Notes under the pieces: generated by a model | Databases searched by the model: none | The model's input: only the letters and a program-made list of their open reading frames with translations | Told to the model about the DNA's origin: nothing | Source: an uncultured Gemmatimonadaceae bacterium | Lineage (GTDB): Bacteria; Gemmatimonadota; Gemmatimonadetes; Gemmatimonadales; Gemmatimonadaceae | Direction of reading: 5' to 3' | Length of the DNA stretch: 64,000 bases | NCBI GenBank assembly: GCA_963822945.1 | Contig: CAWGJO010000037.1 | Coordinates: 17,533 to 81,532 of the forward strand | Part shown: positions 10,804 to 22,396 of the stretch, in pieces | Numbering within the stretch: the first letter of the stretch is position 1 | Layout of the letters: each line of letters opens with the position of its first letter | Program-made: the position numbers and the translations under genes

Positions 10804-11500
10804 ACGACTTGCCGCGCTGGCCGATGCAGAGCCCACGGCCCCCGAACTCGCGCACCTGAGCGCGTGTCCGGCGTGCGCCGCCGAACGCGAGGCCCAGCGC
10901 GCGCTGCTCGGGCTGGCGGCGGCAGAGCGCGCCAGCATCGGGCTGCCGCTCACCCGCTGGGAATCGCTGTCGCCGGCGCTGTACGACGCGGGGCTCACCA
11001 CGCAGGGTTCCGGGGCACGCCGGCCGGCGCGCAGCCGCGGCGGACGCGTCTGGCTGCAGGCGGCGGCGGCGGTGTTGTTCGTCGCCGGCGGCACGATGTT
11101 CGGACGGTACACGGCCGGCGCCGCCCCGCTCCCGGGGTTCACCGCCGGCGTTGCGCAGGTCTCGCCGGCCACCGATACCATGGCCAGCATCCCCGTCACC
11201 TTCCACGACGTGAACCAGGCCCGCGCCGCGCGTACGCGCGCCCAGTCCATCTACCAGAACGCCTCGGCGTTCCTGGCGCAGTATGACACGGCCGCCGCCG
11301 GCACCGAGAGCCCGTCGGCAATGCGCACGCGGCTCGCGGCGCTCGACCAGGTGTCGACCGCGATGCGGCAGGCGCTCAACGATGCTCCCTACGATCCGGT
11401 CATCAACGACTACTACCTCACCACGCTCGGCCAGCGCGAAGCCACGCTGCGCCAGTTGAACACCGCGCTGCCCGTCGGGCTGCGGGTCAACAGCTTCTGA
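10784..11500 (+). CDS. Putative zinc-finger transmembrane anti-sigma factor
   Basis: HLSACPAC (HxxxCxxC), one TM segment; overlaps the sigma gene. Confidence 0.75.
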   Translation: MSHLSPERLAALADAEPTAPELAHLSACPACAAEREAQRALLGLAAAERASIGLPLTRWESLSPALYDAGLTTQGSGARRPARSRGGRVWLQAAAAVLFVAGGTMFGRYTAGAAPLPGFTAGVAQVSPATDTMASIPVTFHDVNQARAARTRAQSIYQNASAFLAQYDTAAAGTESPSAMRTRLAALDQVSTAMRQALNDAPYDPVINDYYLTTLGQREATLRQLNTALPVGLRVNSF

Positions 11501-12688
11501 TGCCTGCCATGCTGAACACGATGTACTACTCGATGAAGAAACCCGGCCGCGCGATGGCGCTTGCCCTCGCCCTGGCGCCGCTGGGGGCCGCCTCGGCGCG
11601 CGCCCAGCAGAACCAGCACACGGTTCAGGGTGCGTACGCAGGTGTGCGCCAACAGCCAGTGCCTCGACGACACGACGCGCGTGATCGTCTCGCGGTTGAT
11701 GGACCGAATCGATTCCCTGCAGCACATCTTTCTCGGGCAGCCCATCGCACCCGAGCAGCGCGACAGCATGAAGCAGGAACTCGCGGACATGCTCCGGCAC
11801 CTGAGCGATCTGCAAAGCAAAGCGGTGGTGTTCGGGCTGCAGCAGGCCGAGGAGGGCATGCGCCAGGCGATGGCCGACCAGGATCCCCGCATCGCCACCT
11901 TCCAGGTGGCCCCCCGGATTCCGGACGATGCCGCGCCCAAGGGATGGATCGGCATCACGTTCGTCGGCGCGCCGGTGGAAGAGGTGCGCGACGGCGAGTA
12001 CTACGTGCGCTTTCTCGACTACCCCGAGGTGGAATCGGTGGAGCCGGCGTCGCCCGCCGAGCGGGCGGGAATCCTGCACGGCGACCTGCTGCTGGCCTTC
12101 AACGGACAGGACGTGACCACGCGCGCGATCTCGATGACGCGCCTGCTGCGTCCCGATCACAAGATCGTGGTGCGGCTCGAGCGAAACGGGCGGCCCCACG
12201 ACTACTCGCTGGTCGTCGTGCGCGCGCCGCAGAGCTACGCGTCGCGCATGGGCGACTTCACGGCGCCCAGGGCGCCGGCCGCCGTGCCCGCGGCGCCGGC
12301 CACCCCTGAACCCGCTCGCGCACCACGTGTCGTGTTCTACGGCACGCCGGCGCCACCCGCGGCCGTGGCACCCGCGGGGTCGGGCTTCAGCTTCAACTTC
12401 GACGGTGGAGTGGCGGGTGCGGAGTTGAGCACCATCAATTCGGATCTCGCCCGGAATCTCAATCTCGGCGTGGACCACGGGGTGATCGTCCTCAAGGCGC
12501 CGGAGGGTACGCCGGCGGCCCGTTCGGGGCTGAGGGCCGGCGACATCATCGTGCAGGCGGCGGGGCAGGACGTGGGGTCGGTGCGTGACTTCCGGCGCGT
12601 CCTCGAGCGACACAGCGCCGATGCGAGCGTGGACCTGCAGGTGGTCCGCGACAAGCACACCCGCACCATCAAGTTCAAGAACGACTGA
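11500..12688 (+). CDS. Secreted two-PDZ-domain protein (frameshift near 11620)
   Basis: Signal peptide in the 11500 frame; GWIGI...SPAERAGILHGDLL and TPAARSGLRAGDII in the 11561 frame. Confidence 0.8.
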
Positions 12689-12705
12689 CCGCCGCCTGAG
12701 CGGCG

Positions 12706-13290
12706 TTACTCGCGGCCCTCCACGTCGAACAGCGCGCGGAGGGCCGCGCTGTCTTGGGCCGCCAGCGCGCGCACGTGCACCACGGGCGACATGATGCTGC
12801 GGGCGTCGTCGGTGTGGGCGAGCCCCAGCAGGTGCCCCACCTCGTGCATCGCCAGCGCGCGCATCGCGTCGCCCGTCACCGGGCGACCGTCGGGGTGTCG
12901 CACGGCAAGGGTCACCGACGCGTCGAGCACCCGGCCGGCGGCGTCGCGCACCACGCGCGCGCGCCCGGTCATCGGCTCCTCGAAGCGCTCGCGCCAACCC
13001 ACGTGCACGGGCGCGTCGGCCGAGTCGTCGGTGAAGTAGAAGTGGACCGACGGCACGATGCCGTTCCACGCGGCGAAGGCGCGCTGCACCTGTGTGGTGT
13101 CGTCCGGGCGCCAGCCATCGAGATCGGCGTGCGGCTGAATCCAGACGTAGATCGCGCCGAGGTCCGGCGCTGGCGAGGGGAGTGGGGGTGGGGGGGCCGG
13201 TGCGGGTCCCGGTCTCACCGCGCGCGCCAGGCCCGCGCCACCGAGGGCGAGGAGGGCGAGCGCGAGCGAGGTACGGACGGTCCGGGTCAC
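12706..13290 (-). CDS. Matrixin-family (M10) zinc metalloprotease
   Basis: HEVGHLLGLAH + SIMSP Met-turn; signal peptide. Confidence 0.88.
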   Translation of the reverse strand: MTRTVRTSLALALLALGGAGLARAVRPGPAPAPPPPLPSPAPDLGAIYVWIQPHADLDGWRPDDTTQVQRAFAAWNGIVPSVHFYFTDDSADAPVHVGWRERFEEPMTGRARVVRDAAGRVLDASVTLAVRHPDGRPVTGDAMRALAMHEVGHLLGLAHTDDARSIMSPVVHVRALAAQDSAALRALFDVEGRE

Positions 13291-13297
13291 GCTGCAG

Positions 13298-14197
13298 TTA
13301 CGCGAGAAACTCCGAAATGGCTGCGAAGAACTCCGCCGGCGCCTCCCAGAACGGAAAGTGGCCGCTGTGCGGCAGCAGCACCCGGCGGGCGCGCGGAATC
13401 GTGACCGCCAATTCTTCGGCTACCGCGGGCGACAGCGCGTCGCCGTCGCCGTGCAGCACGAGGGTCGGCGCCTGGATGGCACGCACCCGCTCGCGCCAGT
13501 CGTACCCGTCGCGGCGCAACCGCGCGAGCGCGGCGGTGCCGGTGGGGCTCGCCACCTTCGGCATGGGGAAGGTGGCCGCGAACGCCCGGTCCACGAACCA
13601 CGCCTCGTACGAGGCGCGCAGGTGCGCCAGGTGTACGTCGGGGTCGGGCTCGCCGAGCATCGCATCGGTGATTCCCGACAGCACCGCCCGGTCGGCGTCG
13701 TTGGCACGGGCCAGCGCTTGGGCGCGCAGCGGCGCCATCCATGAACTCGTCGGGCCCACCGAGTCCGCCAGCACCAGACGGCGTACCCCGGCCGGATCCT
13801 GCGACGCCGCGAGCATTGCGACGCCGCCTCCCCACGAATGCCCCAGCACGTCCCACTGCCTGAGCCCGAGGGCGCGCCGCAGCGCCGGAACGTCGGCCGC
13901 ATCGTCTTCGATGCGCGACGCCGACGGATCGGCCGGAGCCTCCGATTCACCGCGGCCCCGCTGGTCGTAGAGAATCAACTGGCGGTGCTGAGCCAGCGGC
14001 GAGAGCGCGGGCCAGAGCATGGCGTGATCCACGATCAGCCCGCCGTTCACGCACAGCAGCGGAGGCGCGCCGTCCACCGGCGGCGAGGTGAACACCGCGA
14101 ACGCCAGTCCGCGCGCACGCACCGTCTGGCGTTCCAGATGGGGCGCGCGGGGAATGGTGCGGCGAAAGGCGAAGAAGCGTTGGCGGGCAGACGTCAC
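13298..14197 (-). CDS. Alpha/beta hydrolase (proline iminopeptidase-like)
   Basis: YDQRGRG, GHSWGG, HGDGD, GHFP. Confidence 0.88.
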   Translation of the reverse strand: MTSARQRFFAFRRTIPRAPHLERQTVRARGLAFAVFTSPPVDGAPPLLCVNGGLIVDHAMLWPALSPLAQHRQLILYDQRGRGESEAPADPSASRIEDDAADVPALRRALGLRQWDVLGHSWGGGVAMLAASQDPAGVRRLVLADSVGPTSSWMAPLRAQALARANDADRAVLSGITDAMLGEPDPDVHLAHLRASYEAWFVDRAFAATFPMPKVASPTGTAALARLRRDGYDWRERVRAIQAPTLVLHGDGDALSPAVAEELAVTIPRARRVLLPHSGHFPFWEAPAEFFAAISEFLA

Positions 14198-14285
14198 GCC
14201 GCGAAAGCTATCGCGGCGGCTCCCGCACGGCGGCCAGACGAACTTCCCTAGGCTGGACCGCCGGCGGTGCCCATGTCAAGGCAGG

Positions 14286-15026
14286 TCAGATTCCGAAGTT
14301 GACGAACTGCCCGAATCCCGCGAAGAAGTGCGACAGGATGGTGAAGCGGCCGGTGAACAGCAGCACGCCGAGTACCACCATCAACGTGCCGGCGGTGAGT
14401 TCGATGGGCCGCAGCCAGCGCCGGAGCCGCTGCGCGCCGGCCAGGTACCAGTTGAATGCCACGGCGGCCACGAAGAACGGCACGCCGAGCCCCAGCGCGT
14501 ACGCCCCGAGCAGCAGCATGCCGCGCACCATGGTGGTCGTGGTGCCGGCGTACAACAGGATCGAGGCGAGCACCGGCCCCACGCACGGCGTCCACCCCGC
14601 GCCGAACGCCACGCCCACGAGCACCGAGCCCACCAGCCCGGCAGGCTTGGACGAGAGCTGCACCCGACGCTCCCGCATGAGCGCCGGCAGCTTGAGAACG
14701 CCCACCATGTACAGGCCGAACAGCGCGATCACCACGCCGCCGAGTTGCTGCAGCAGCGGCAGCGAACGGCGCAGCGTGGCCCCGATGGCAGTGGCGCCGG
14801 CGCCGAGCGCCACGAACAGCAGCGTGAATCCGAAGATGAACAGCGCCGCGTGCAGTGCCGCGCGCCGGCGGGCGGCGTCGCGTCCCTTGGCCCCAAGTTC
14901 ATCCAGCGTCATGCCGGTGATGAAGGTGACGTAACTGGGCACCAGCGGCAGCACGCACGGCGAGGCGAACGAGACCAGCCCCGCCGCGAAGGCCAGCCCC
15001 AGTGACACGGTGGCGGCGTCGCTCAT
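14286..15026 (-). CDS. ccdA: Cytochrome c biogenesis protein CcdA
   Basis: SFASPCVLPLVPSY and GWTPCVGPVL. Confidence 0.92.
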   Translation of the reverse strand: MSDAATVSLGLAFAAGLVSFASPCVLPLVPSYVTFITGMTLDELGAKGRDAARRRAALHAALFIFGFTLLFVALGAGATAIGATLRRSLPLLQQLGGVVIALFGLYMVGVLKLPALMRERRVQLSSKPAGLVGSVLVGVAFGAGWTPCVGPVLASILLYAGTTTTMVRGMLLLGAYALGLGVPFFVAAVAFNWYLAGAQRLRRWLRPIELTAGTLMVVLGVLLFTGRFTILSHFFAGFGQFVNFGI

Positions 15027-15604
15027 CGAACGCCCAGCGGCGGGGTCACCGGCGCCGGCTCATCGAGTAGATGCTTTACCGCCTGGTCGAGCGCGATGGC
15101 CGTGAAAACGCCCTGCACCTGATTCCGCACGCGTCCCTGCCGGTCGATGAGGAACGACGTGGGCAGCAGGTTCACGTTGCCGAAGGTCTGCACCACCGGC
15201 GCCGACGCCATGGCGACCGGATAGGTGATGTGGTGCTCGGCCAGGAACTGCTGCACGGGGGCGGTGCCGTCGGCGTCCATGGCCACGCCGAGCACCACGA
15301 AGCCGCGGTTCTTGTTGAGTTCGTAGACGGACTCGAACCCCGGCATCTCGAGCCGGCAGGGCGGGCACCAGGTGGCCCAGAAGTTCAGGAGCACCACCTT
15401 GCCCTTGAGCTGGTCGCTGGTGACGACGTTGCCGTCGAGGGTGGTGAGCTGGAAGGCGGGGCCGGCGGCGCTGGCGTTGGGTGAGGAGGCCACCCCCACC
15501 GCGGCTGCGGCCTGAGGCCAGATGCGGTATCCGACGAAGGCGGCCAGGGCGACCCAGAAGAGGGCCTGCCAGCGGAAGCGCTTGAGCATTCGAGGAATCG
15601 ACAT
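15023..15604 (-). CDS. TlpA/ResA-family thiol-disulfide oxidoreductase
   Basis: LLNFWATWCPPCRLEMP; overlaps ccdA. Confidence 0.92.
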   Translation of the reverse strand: MSIPRMLKRFRWQALFWVALAAFVGYRIWPQAAAAVGVASSPNASAAGPAFQLTTLDGNVVTSDQLKGKVVLLNFWATWCPPCRLEMPGFESVYELNKNRGFVVLGVAMDADGTAPVQQFLAEHHITYPVAMASAPVVQTFGNVNLLPTSFLIDRQGRVRNQVQGVFTAIALDQAVKHLLDEPAPVTPPLGVR

Positions 15605-15879
15605 GACTATAGTCGTGAGTGGTTATATGGTAATGTTATCGCCTTCATCGATCGGGGCAAGCCTCGGGTGCGGGCCGGGCGGAGGCCCCTCCCGCCCCGG
15701 TTTCCGGGCCAAACGGCCGGGCTCGGGGGCCTCAGGTGACCAACGACGGGTCAACCGCCTATCTTCATTAATCGTTCCCGGGCCCGCCCGGGCCGACTAT
15801 CGTATCCGTTGCAACAACACCGGCTTCCAAGCCTGGCTGGCCGTCGCCGCCGGCGCGGAGCGTTGCGGTCGAGGAGCAT

Positions 15880-18279
15880 ATGGCAAGCACCAACGCAGAG
15901 ATCACCGGGTTGGCAGGATCGCTCACCCCCGAAGACATCCTGAACGACTACCGGATCGCCTGGCGGAGCCGTCAGGTGAGCCTGCTGGCCCGCGGCGAAG
16001 TGATGTTGGGCCGCGCGATGTTCGGCATCTTCGGGGACGGTAAAGAGGTCGCGCAGGTTGCCCTGGCCCGGGCATTCCGGAATGGGGACTTCCGCTCCGG
16101 CTACTATCGCGACCAGACGCTGATGATGGCGCTGGGCCTGCTCACGGTGCAGGAGTTCTTCGCCCAGCTCTACGCCCATACCGATGTCGAGGCCGATCCC
16201 GCCTCGGCCGGCCGGGGGATGAACGCGCACTTCGGGACCCGCACGCTCGACGCCGAGGGGCGGTGGGTGAACCTGCTGGAATCGGCGCAGTCAGCGGCCG
16301 ACAGCTCGCCCACCGGCTCGCAGATGCCGCGGCTCTTGGGGCTGGCCTACGCCTCCAAGCTCTATCGCGAGCTGCCGGGGCTGCACGATTTCACGGATTT
16401 CTCGCGCAACGGCGATGAGGTGGCCTTCGGCACCATCGGCAACGCGTCGTGCGCCGAAGGGGTGTTCTGGGAGACGGTGAACGCGGCGGGAGTGCTGCAG
16501 GTGCCGATGCTGCTCTCCATCTGGGACGACGGCTACGGCATCTCGGTGCCCAACGACCTACAGGTCACCAAGTCCGACATCGGCGCGCTGCTCGAAGGCT
16601 TCCGCCGGTCCCCCGGCAAGAAGCAGCTCGGCTTCGAGATCGCCAAGGTGCGCGGGTGGGATTACGCGGCGCTCGTCGAGACCTACCAGCGCGTGGCCGA
16701 TCTCGTTCGCCACGAGCACGTGCCGGCGGTGGTGCACGTTACCGAACTCACGCAGCCGCAGGGCCACTCCACCTCGGGCAGCCACGAGCGCTACAAGTCC
16801 AAGAAGCGGCTCCAGTGGGAAAAGGAGCACGACGGGCTGGTGAAGCTGCGCCAGTGGATGATCGACAACGAGATCGCCACGGCCGAAGAACTCGACGCGC
16901 TGCAGGACGAGGAGAAGGCGGCGGTGCTCGCCGGGCGCGACGAAGCGTGGGCCGCGTACGAAGAGCCGATCCGCGCCGAGGCGCAGGGTGTCATCGAACT
17001 GCTGAACGCCGCGGCGGCCGCCGCGAGTGAGGGAACGCGGCCGCGCGTCGAAGCGTTGCGCGACGAATTGGCGCGCCGGAAGGATCCGCTCCGCCGCGAC
17101 GTCGCCGTGGCGGCCCGCCGGGCACTGGCCGCGGTGCGCGCCGAGGGCGACGCGGTGGCCGGTTCGCTGGCGCAGTGGATGGAGGAGCAGAAGCCGCTCA
17201 ACGACGATCGCTATCACACGCACCTCTACGCCGAAGGCGACGACTCGGCGCTCCGCGTGGCGGTGGAAGCGCCCGAGTACGCCGACGACGCGTCAGAGGT
17301 GGACGGGTTCAGGGTGGTGAACGCCTGCTTCGACGCGGCGCTCGCGCGCGACCCGCGCGTCATCGCCTTCGGCGAGGACGTGGGCAAGTTGGGCGACGTG
17401 AACCAGGGCTTCGCCGACCTGCAGGCCAAGTACGGCGAGCTGCGGGTGGGCGACACCGGCATCCGCGAGGCCACCATCGTCGGCCAGGCCATCGGCATGG
17501 CGACGCGGGGGCTGCGGCCGATTGCCGAGATCCAGTACATCGACTACCTGCTGTATGCGCTGCAGGTCCTGTCGGACGACCTGGCGACGCTTCGCTACCG
17601 CACCGCAGGCGGGCAGAAGGCGCCCGTGATCGTGCGGACGCGCGGGCACCGGCTGGTGGGCATCTGGCACTCGGGCTCGCCCATGGGGATGATCATCAAC
17701 TCGCTGCGCGGCGTGCACGTGCTGGTGCCGCGCGACATGACGCGGGCGGCGGGGTTCTACAACACGCTGCTGCAGTCGGGCGATCCCGGGCTCGTGGTCG
17801 AGGTGCTGAACGCGTACCGCGTGAAGGAACGGATGCCGAGCAACATCGGCACGATGACCGTGCCGCTCGGCGTACCCGAGGTGCTGCGCGAGGGCACCGA
17901 CGCGACGATCGTGACCTACGGGGCCTGCTGCCCGGTGGCGCTCGAGGCGGCGCGGTTGCTGCATGAGAACGCGGGCATCGAGGCGGAAGTGATCGACGTG
18001 CAGTCGCTGCTCCCGTTCGACGTGAACGGCATGATCCTGGAGTCGCTGAAGAAGACGAACCGCGTGCTCTTCCTGGACGAGGATGTGCCCGGCGGGGCCA
18101 GTGCCTACATGATGCGCGAAGTGCTGGAGCGTCAGGGCGGCTTCTACTGGCTCGACGCCACGCCGCGCACGCTCACTGCAGCGGCACACCGGCCGGCCTA
18201 CGGTCGCGACGGGGACTACTGGTCCAAGCCCGGTGTGGAGGACGTGTACGAGGCGGTGTTCGGCCTGGTCGGGGAGTAG
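15880..18279 (+). CDS. Fused 2-oxoacid dehydrogenase E1 alpha/beta (branched-chain type)
   Basis: FGIFGDGKEVAQ, GHSTSGSHERYK, FGEDVGKLGDVNQG, DTGIREATI, IAEIQY. Confidence 0.93.
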   Translation: MASTNAEITGLAGSLTPEDILNDYRIAWRSRQVSLLARGEVMLGRAMFGIFGDGKEVAQVALARAFRNGDFRSGYYRDQTLMMALGLLTVQEFFAQLYAHTDVEADPASAGRGMNAHFGTRTLDAEGRWVNLLESAQSAADSSPTGSQMPRLLGLAYASKLYRELPGLHDFTDFSRNGDEVAFGTIGNASCAEGVFWETVNAAGVLQVPMLLSIWDDGYGISVPNDLQVTKSDIGALLEGFRRSPGKKQLGFEIAKVRGWDYAALVETYQRVADLVRHEHVPAVVHVTELTQPQGHSTSGSHERYKSKKRLQWEKEHDGLVKLRQWMIDNEIATAEELDALQDEEKAAVLAGRDEAWAAYEEPIRAEAQGVIELLNAAAAAASEGTRPRVEALRDELARRKDPLRRDVAVAARRALAAVRAEGDAVAGSLAQWMEEQKPLNDDRYHTHLYAEGDDSALRVAVEAPEYADDASEVDGFRVVNACFDAALARDPRVIAFGEDVGKLGDVNQGFADLQAKYGELRVGDTGIREATIVGQAIGMATRGLRPIAEIQYIDYLLYALQVLSDDLATLRYRTAGGQKAPVIVRTRGHRLVGIWHSGSPMGMIINSLRGVHVLVPRDMTRAAGFYNTLLQSGDPGLVVEVLNAYRVKERMPSNIGTMTVPLGVPEVLREGTDATIVTYGACCPVALEAARLLHENAGIEAEVIDVQSLLPFDVNGMILESLKKTNRVLFLDEDVPGGASAYMMREVLERQGGFYWLDATPRTLTAAAHRPAYGRDGDYWSKPGVEDVYEAVFGLVGE

Positions 18280-18501
18280 ACTGAAACCTCGGCCCACGAC
18301 GGCCCGTTGGGAGAACGTCGGCGCGGATCAGTTCCGTGCCGGCGTTTTTCATATCTTCGTGCGCCGTGGAGCCCATCGTCGGCCGCGGTTCAAACCGGGA
18401 GGCCGCGTCCGCTGTCTCAGGACTTCCGCGGTCCCGGCACATCCACCAGGCCGTCGAGGCACTCGACCCGAACACCAACACCCCTCACCAGGACCCCAGT
18501 C

Positions 18502-19077
18502 ATGCTCGGTTACAACGTCGCGCTGTTCGTCCACTTGATGGCGCTGCTCTCGGCCACCGCTGCCTCCGCCATCGTCCATTTTGCGGCGCACCGGCGCGCC
18601 GCCGCACCGACGCTGCGTGAGGCGATGGACTGGGGGCGGCTGATCGCCACCACGTCGCGCGTGTTCCCGATCGCGGTGGTCGCGCTCATCCTGACCGGCG
18701 GGTACATGGTGGGAGCCCACTGGAGCTGGCAGGCCGGCTGGGCGCAGGCGGGAATCGGCGGCGCGGTCGTGCTGCTGGTCGTCGGGGCAGTGATCGGCAA
18801 GCGCGGTGCCGCCGAGGCGAAGCGGAACGTCGCCCGGCTGCAGCAGGCCGGGCACAACCTGCCCAACGACGGCGCGCCCGATCGCGTAGCCGCGGTGCTG
18901 GGCGACATGAATACCTGGCTGGCGCTTTCGATCGTGCTCGTGATGACGGTCAAGCCGGCGCTGCCGGGGTCGCTGACGCTCCTGGCAATCGGGGGGGCCA
19001 TCGGCGCCATGCGCGGCGCGCGCCGGCGTCGCGTGCCGGAGGCAGTGTCTGCGGACGTGAAGGCCGAAGCGGCCTGA
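18502..19077 (+). CDS. Membrane protein, DUF2269-like
   Basis: Several TM helices; N-terminal LFVH and C-terminal VMTVKP typical of this group. Confidence 0.6.
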   Translation: MLGYNVALFVHLMALLSATAASAIVHFAAHRRAAAPTLREAMDWGRLIATTSRVFPIAVVALILTGGYMVGAHWSWQAGWAQAGIGGAVVLLVVGAVIGKRGAAEAKRNVARLQQAGHNLPNDGAPDRVAAVLGDMNTWLALSIVLVMTVKPALPGSLTLLAIGGAIGAMRGARRRRVPEAVSADVKAEAA

Positions 19078-19131
19078 CGCCCGAGCGCGTTGGCGCGAAG
19101 GACTGGAAGCCTTCGCGCCAACGACCCACGC

Positions 19132-21788
19132 CTAGTCGGCGCGCAGCGCGATCACAGGATCCACCTTCACCGCACGCATGGCCGGAATGCCCGTCGCGGC
19201 CACGGCCACGACCACCATGGTGCACGCCGCGGCGGCAAACACCGTCAGGTTGCCGGCCCCGACCGAGAACAGCATCGCCGACACCACGCGCCCCAGCGCC
19301 GCGGCGCCGACGAGTCCCACGGCCAGCCCGCCCAGGAGCAGTACGCCGGCCTGCGAGGCGATCACGCGCAGCACGTCGGACCGCCGCGCGCCCAGGGCAA
19401 TGCGCACGCCGATCTCCTTGGTGCGTTGCGCCACGGAGTAGGCGATGACGCCGTAGAGGCCGATCGCGGCAAGGAACAGCGCCACGCCGGCCAGCATGCC
19501 GAGCATCTGCGCCGCGGCCTGCTGTCCGCGGAGCGGACCGGAGATGTAGTCGGCGAGCGGCATGGTGTTGTATACCGGCACCGTGGGGTCGGCGGACTTC
19601 ACCGCCGACGCGATGATGCTCGTGGCCTGCGCGGCGGGTTCGGCCGACCGCACCACGAAGGTGTAGCCGTACTCGGGCCGATACACCTGGCGCACGGGCA
19701 CGTAGAAGTACGGGGTGGGAGGATCGGTGAGACGGAAGTTCTTCACGTCCCCGGCCACGCCCACGATGGTGAACCACCGCCCCCACCCGTGCACCTTCAC
19801 GCCCAGCGGCGCCCGGCCGTGCAGGAAGCGGTCGACGAACGCCCGGTTCACGATCATCACCGGTGTGTGCGTGGAGTCGTCGTCCTGCCGGAAGTCGCGG
19901 CCGGCGACGAGCGGAATCTTCATCGCGCCGAAGTAGCCGGGCCCGATGGCCGCGCGATGGATCTTCATGTTCTCGCCGGTCTGTGGCGCATAGCCTTCCA
20001 CCCGCAGGTCCTCCCACGATCCCTCGTCCACGCTCAGCGGTACGTGGTCGGTGTAGCTCACGGCCGAGATGCCCGGCTGACGGCGGATGTCGTCGGATAC
20101 GTTGCGCAGGAACGCGTCGGCGGCGGCCGAATCGTACCCGGCGAGCGTGAGGCTCACCGAGCCGATGGCCACGTGGTCTGCCGAGAACCCGGGCGAGACG
20201 GCGCGGGTCTGGCGGAAGCTGCTGTAGAACAGTCCGGCGCCCACCAGCGACACCACCGCCAACGCCATCTCGGCGGCCACGAGCACGCCGCGAAGGCGCG
20301 TGGCGTGCACCCCGCCGCCCACGGCGGCGCGGCCGCCGGCGTTGAGCGCGTCGCCCACCCGTTCGCGCGAGCCGTGCAGCGCCGGCGCGATGCCCGGCCA
20401 CGAGCGTCACGGCCGCGGCCAGCGCAGCCGTGAAGCCGAGCACGCCCAGATCCACGTGCGGATCGAGCAGCGACGGGACGGAGAACGCGGGCACGAGCCA
20501 GCGCAGCGACCGCGCGAGCCAGACCGTGCACAGCAATCCCAGCGCCGAGCCGGCCACGGCGAGGATGGAGGCCTCGGTGAGCAGCTGCCGTACGAGTCGC
20601 CGTCGCGGCGCGCCAAGGGCCAACCGGAGTCCGAATTCGCGCCGGCGGCCCGTGGCGCGGGCCAGCAGCAGGTTGGCCATGTTGGCGCAGGCGATGAGCA
20701 GCACCAGCCCGCACGCACCGAGCAGCACGACGAGTGGCGCGCGCAGCGTGTCCTGCATGCCGAAGTGCGATTCCCACAGCGGCAGCAGTTGGCCGCCCAT
20801 GCCCTCGCTCACGGCGCCGTTGGCCCGCGCCATGAACGCGCCGAACTGACGCACCTCGTTGCGGGCGATGGCGGGCGCGACGCGGGGCGAGATGCGCGCC
20901 AGCACGCGGAACATGCGCGTGCCGCGATCGCGGAGCATCCATCCGCCGGTGGGCACGATCTGGCCGAGCGTGGTGGCCGGAATCCAGAGCTGGAACTCCT
21001 GGCCCGCCATGCGACCCGTGGAACGCGGGCGGCGCCACGCCGATGATGGTGAACGGATAGCGGTTGATCTGCACCACGCTGCCGATGGCCGAGCGGTCGC
21101 CGTGCCAGCGCGTCTTCCAGTAGTCGTAGCTGATGACGGCCTCGGGCGCCGCGCCCTGTGCGTCGTCCAGCTTGGCCGGGAAGAACCGGCCCACGGCCGG
21201 CCGCACCTGGAGCACGTCGAAGAAGTTGGCCGAGACGAGCTCGCCCCAGCGGCGCTCGGTATGATCGGCGTCGCCCAGGGCGAGCGAGGTGGGATACGCG
21301 GCGGCCAGGCCGTCGAACGACTTGAGGTACCGGCGGTAGTCGCGGTAGTCGAGCCATGAGGTGCCCACCGCACTTCCGGAGGCCGTCGTCGATTCCAGCG
21401 CCCACACGCGCCCCGGATTGCCGGCTCCCGGCAGCGGGTCGAGCAGGATGGCGCGCGTCCAGCTGAACACGGTGGTCGTGGCGGCGATGCCGATGGCGAG
21501 CGTGACGACGATGACCGCGGTGAGCGCCGGCGCGCGACGCAGTTGGCGCAGCGCGTACCGGGCGTCCATGAGGAACGACTCGAAGGTGGGCCACTGCCAG
21601 GGGTCGCGGGCCTCCTCCTTGAGCCGCGTGACGTTGCCGAACGCGCGATGCGCGGCGGCGGTGGCGTCGGCGCGCGACATGCCCTGCGCGACGAGTTCGT
21701 CGATGCGCTCTTCGAGATGCGCCTGCATCTCGCGCGCCAGATCGTCGTAGATGCGCCGGCGGCGGAACAGTCGATCGATCCAGGTCAT
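19132..21788 (-). CDS. ADOP/MacB-FtsX duplicated ABC permease (2 frameshifts, near 21010 and 20395)
   Basis: [67 protein letters not shown]. Confidence 0.9.
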
Positions 21789-22126
21789 GCGTCCCCCAGC
21801 GCGAGCACGAGGTTGATGCCCTCGAACATCCGCGTGAAGCTCGACACCTGTGCGCCGAGGTGTTTGGCGCCGGCAGGCGTGAGGCGGTAAATGCGCACGC
21901 GCCGGTTGTTGGCCGATACGCCCCACGCCGCGTCCACCAGGCCTTCCTTGAGCAGACGCTGGAGCGCGGGATAGAGGGATCCCTCTTCCACCTGGAGCAG
22001 GTTGTTGGACGCCTGCTGGATGCGTTGCACGAGCGCGTAGCCGTGCATCGGCTCTTGCTTGAGCAGGCGCAGGACCATCATCTCCAGCGCGCCGGGAAAC
22101 AGATCGCGTGATTTGGAAGCGGGCAT
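21785..22126 (-). CDS. PadR-family transcriptional regulator
   Basis: MHGYAL...VEEGSLYPALQRL...SANNRRVRIYRLT; overlaps the permease. Confidence 0.93.
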   Translation of the reverse strand: MPASKSRDLFPGALEMMVLRLLKQEPMHGYALVQRIQQASNNLLQVEEGSLYPALQRLLKEGLVDAAWGVSANNRRVRIYRLTPAGAKHLGAQVSSFTRMFEGINLVLALGDA

Positions 22127-22396
22127 GTCGTGGTCCGGGAATTGGTCGCGGCAAGATCAGATGACACTTGGTTCCTCAATGCCTAGACCAAAATAGTATC
22201 GATCCGCCGACGGCGTCAAGCGCCACCGGTCGAGGTGTTGCCGGAGTGGCACTCCGCGAACGTCGCGAATCGCTGGGCGGCTCCCGTGTGGCTGCGGGGC
22301 AGGCACCGGTGCGGAAAATGCCTACGGACCGTAGGGCGGCTGCCTCTGTCCCTTCCCCGAGCCGACCCGCTATTTGATGCCCGGAGGTCCCTCCCC

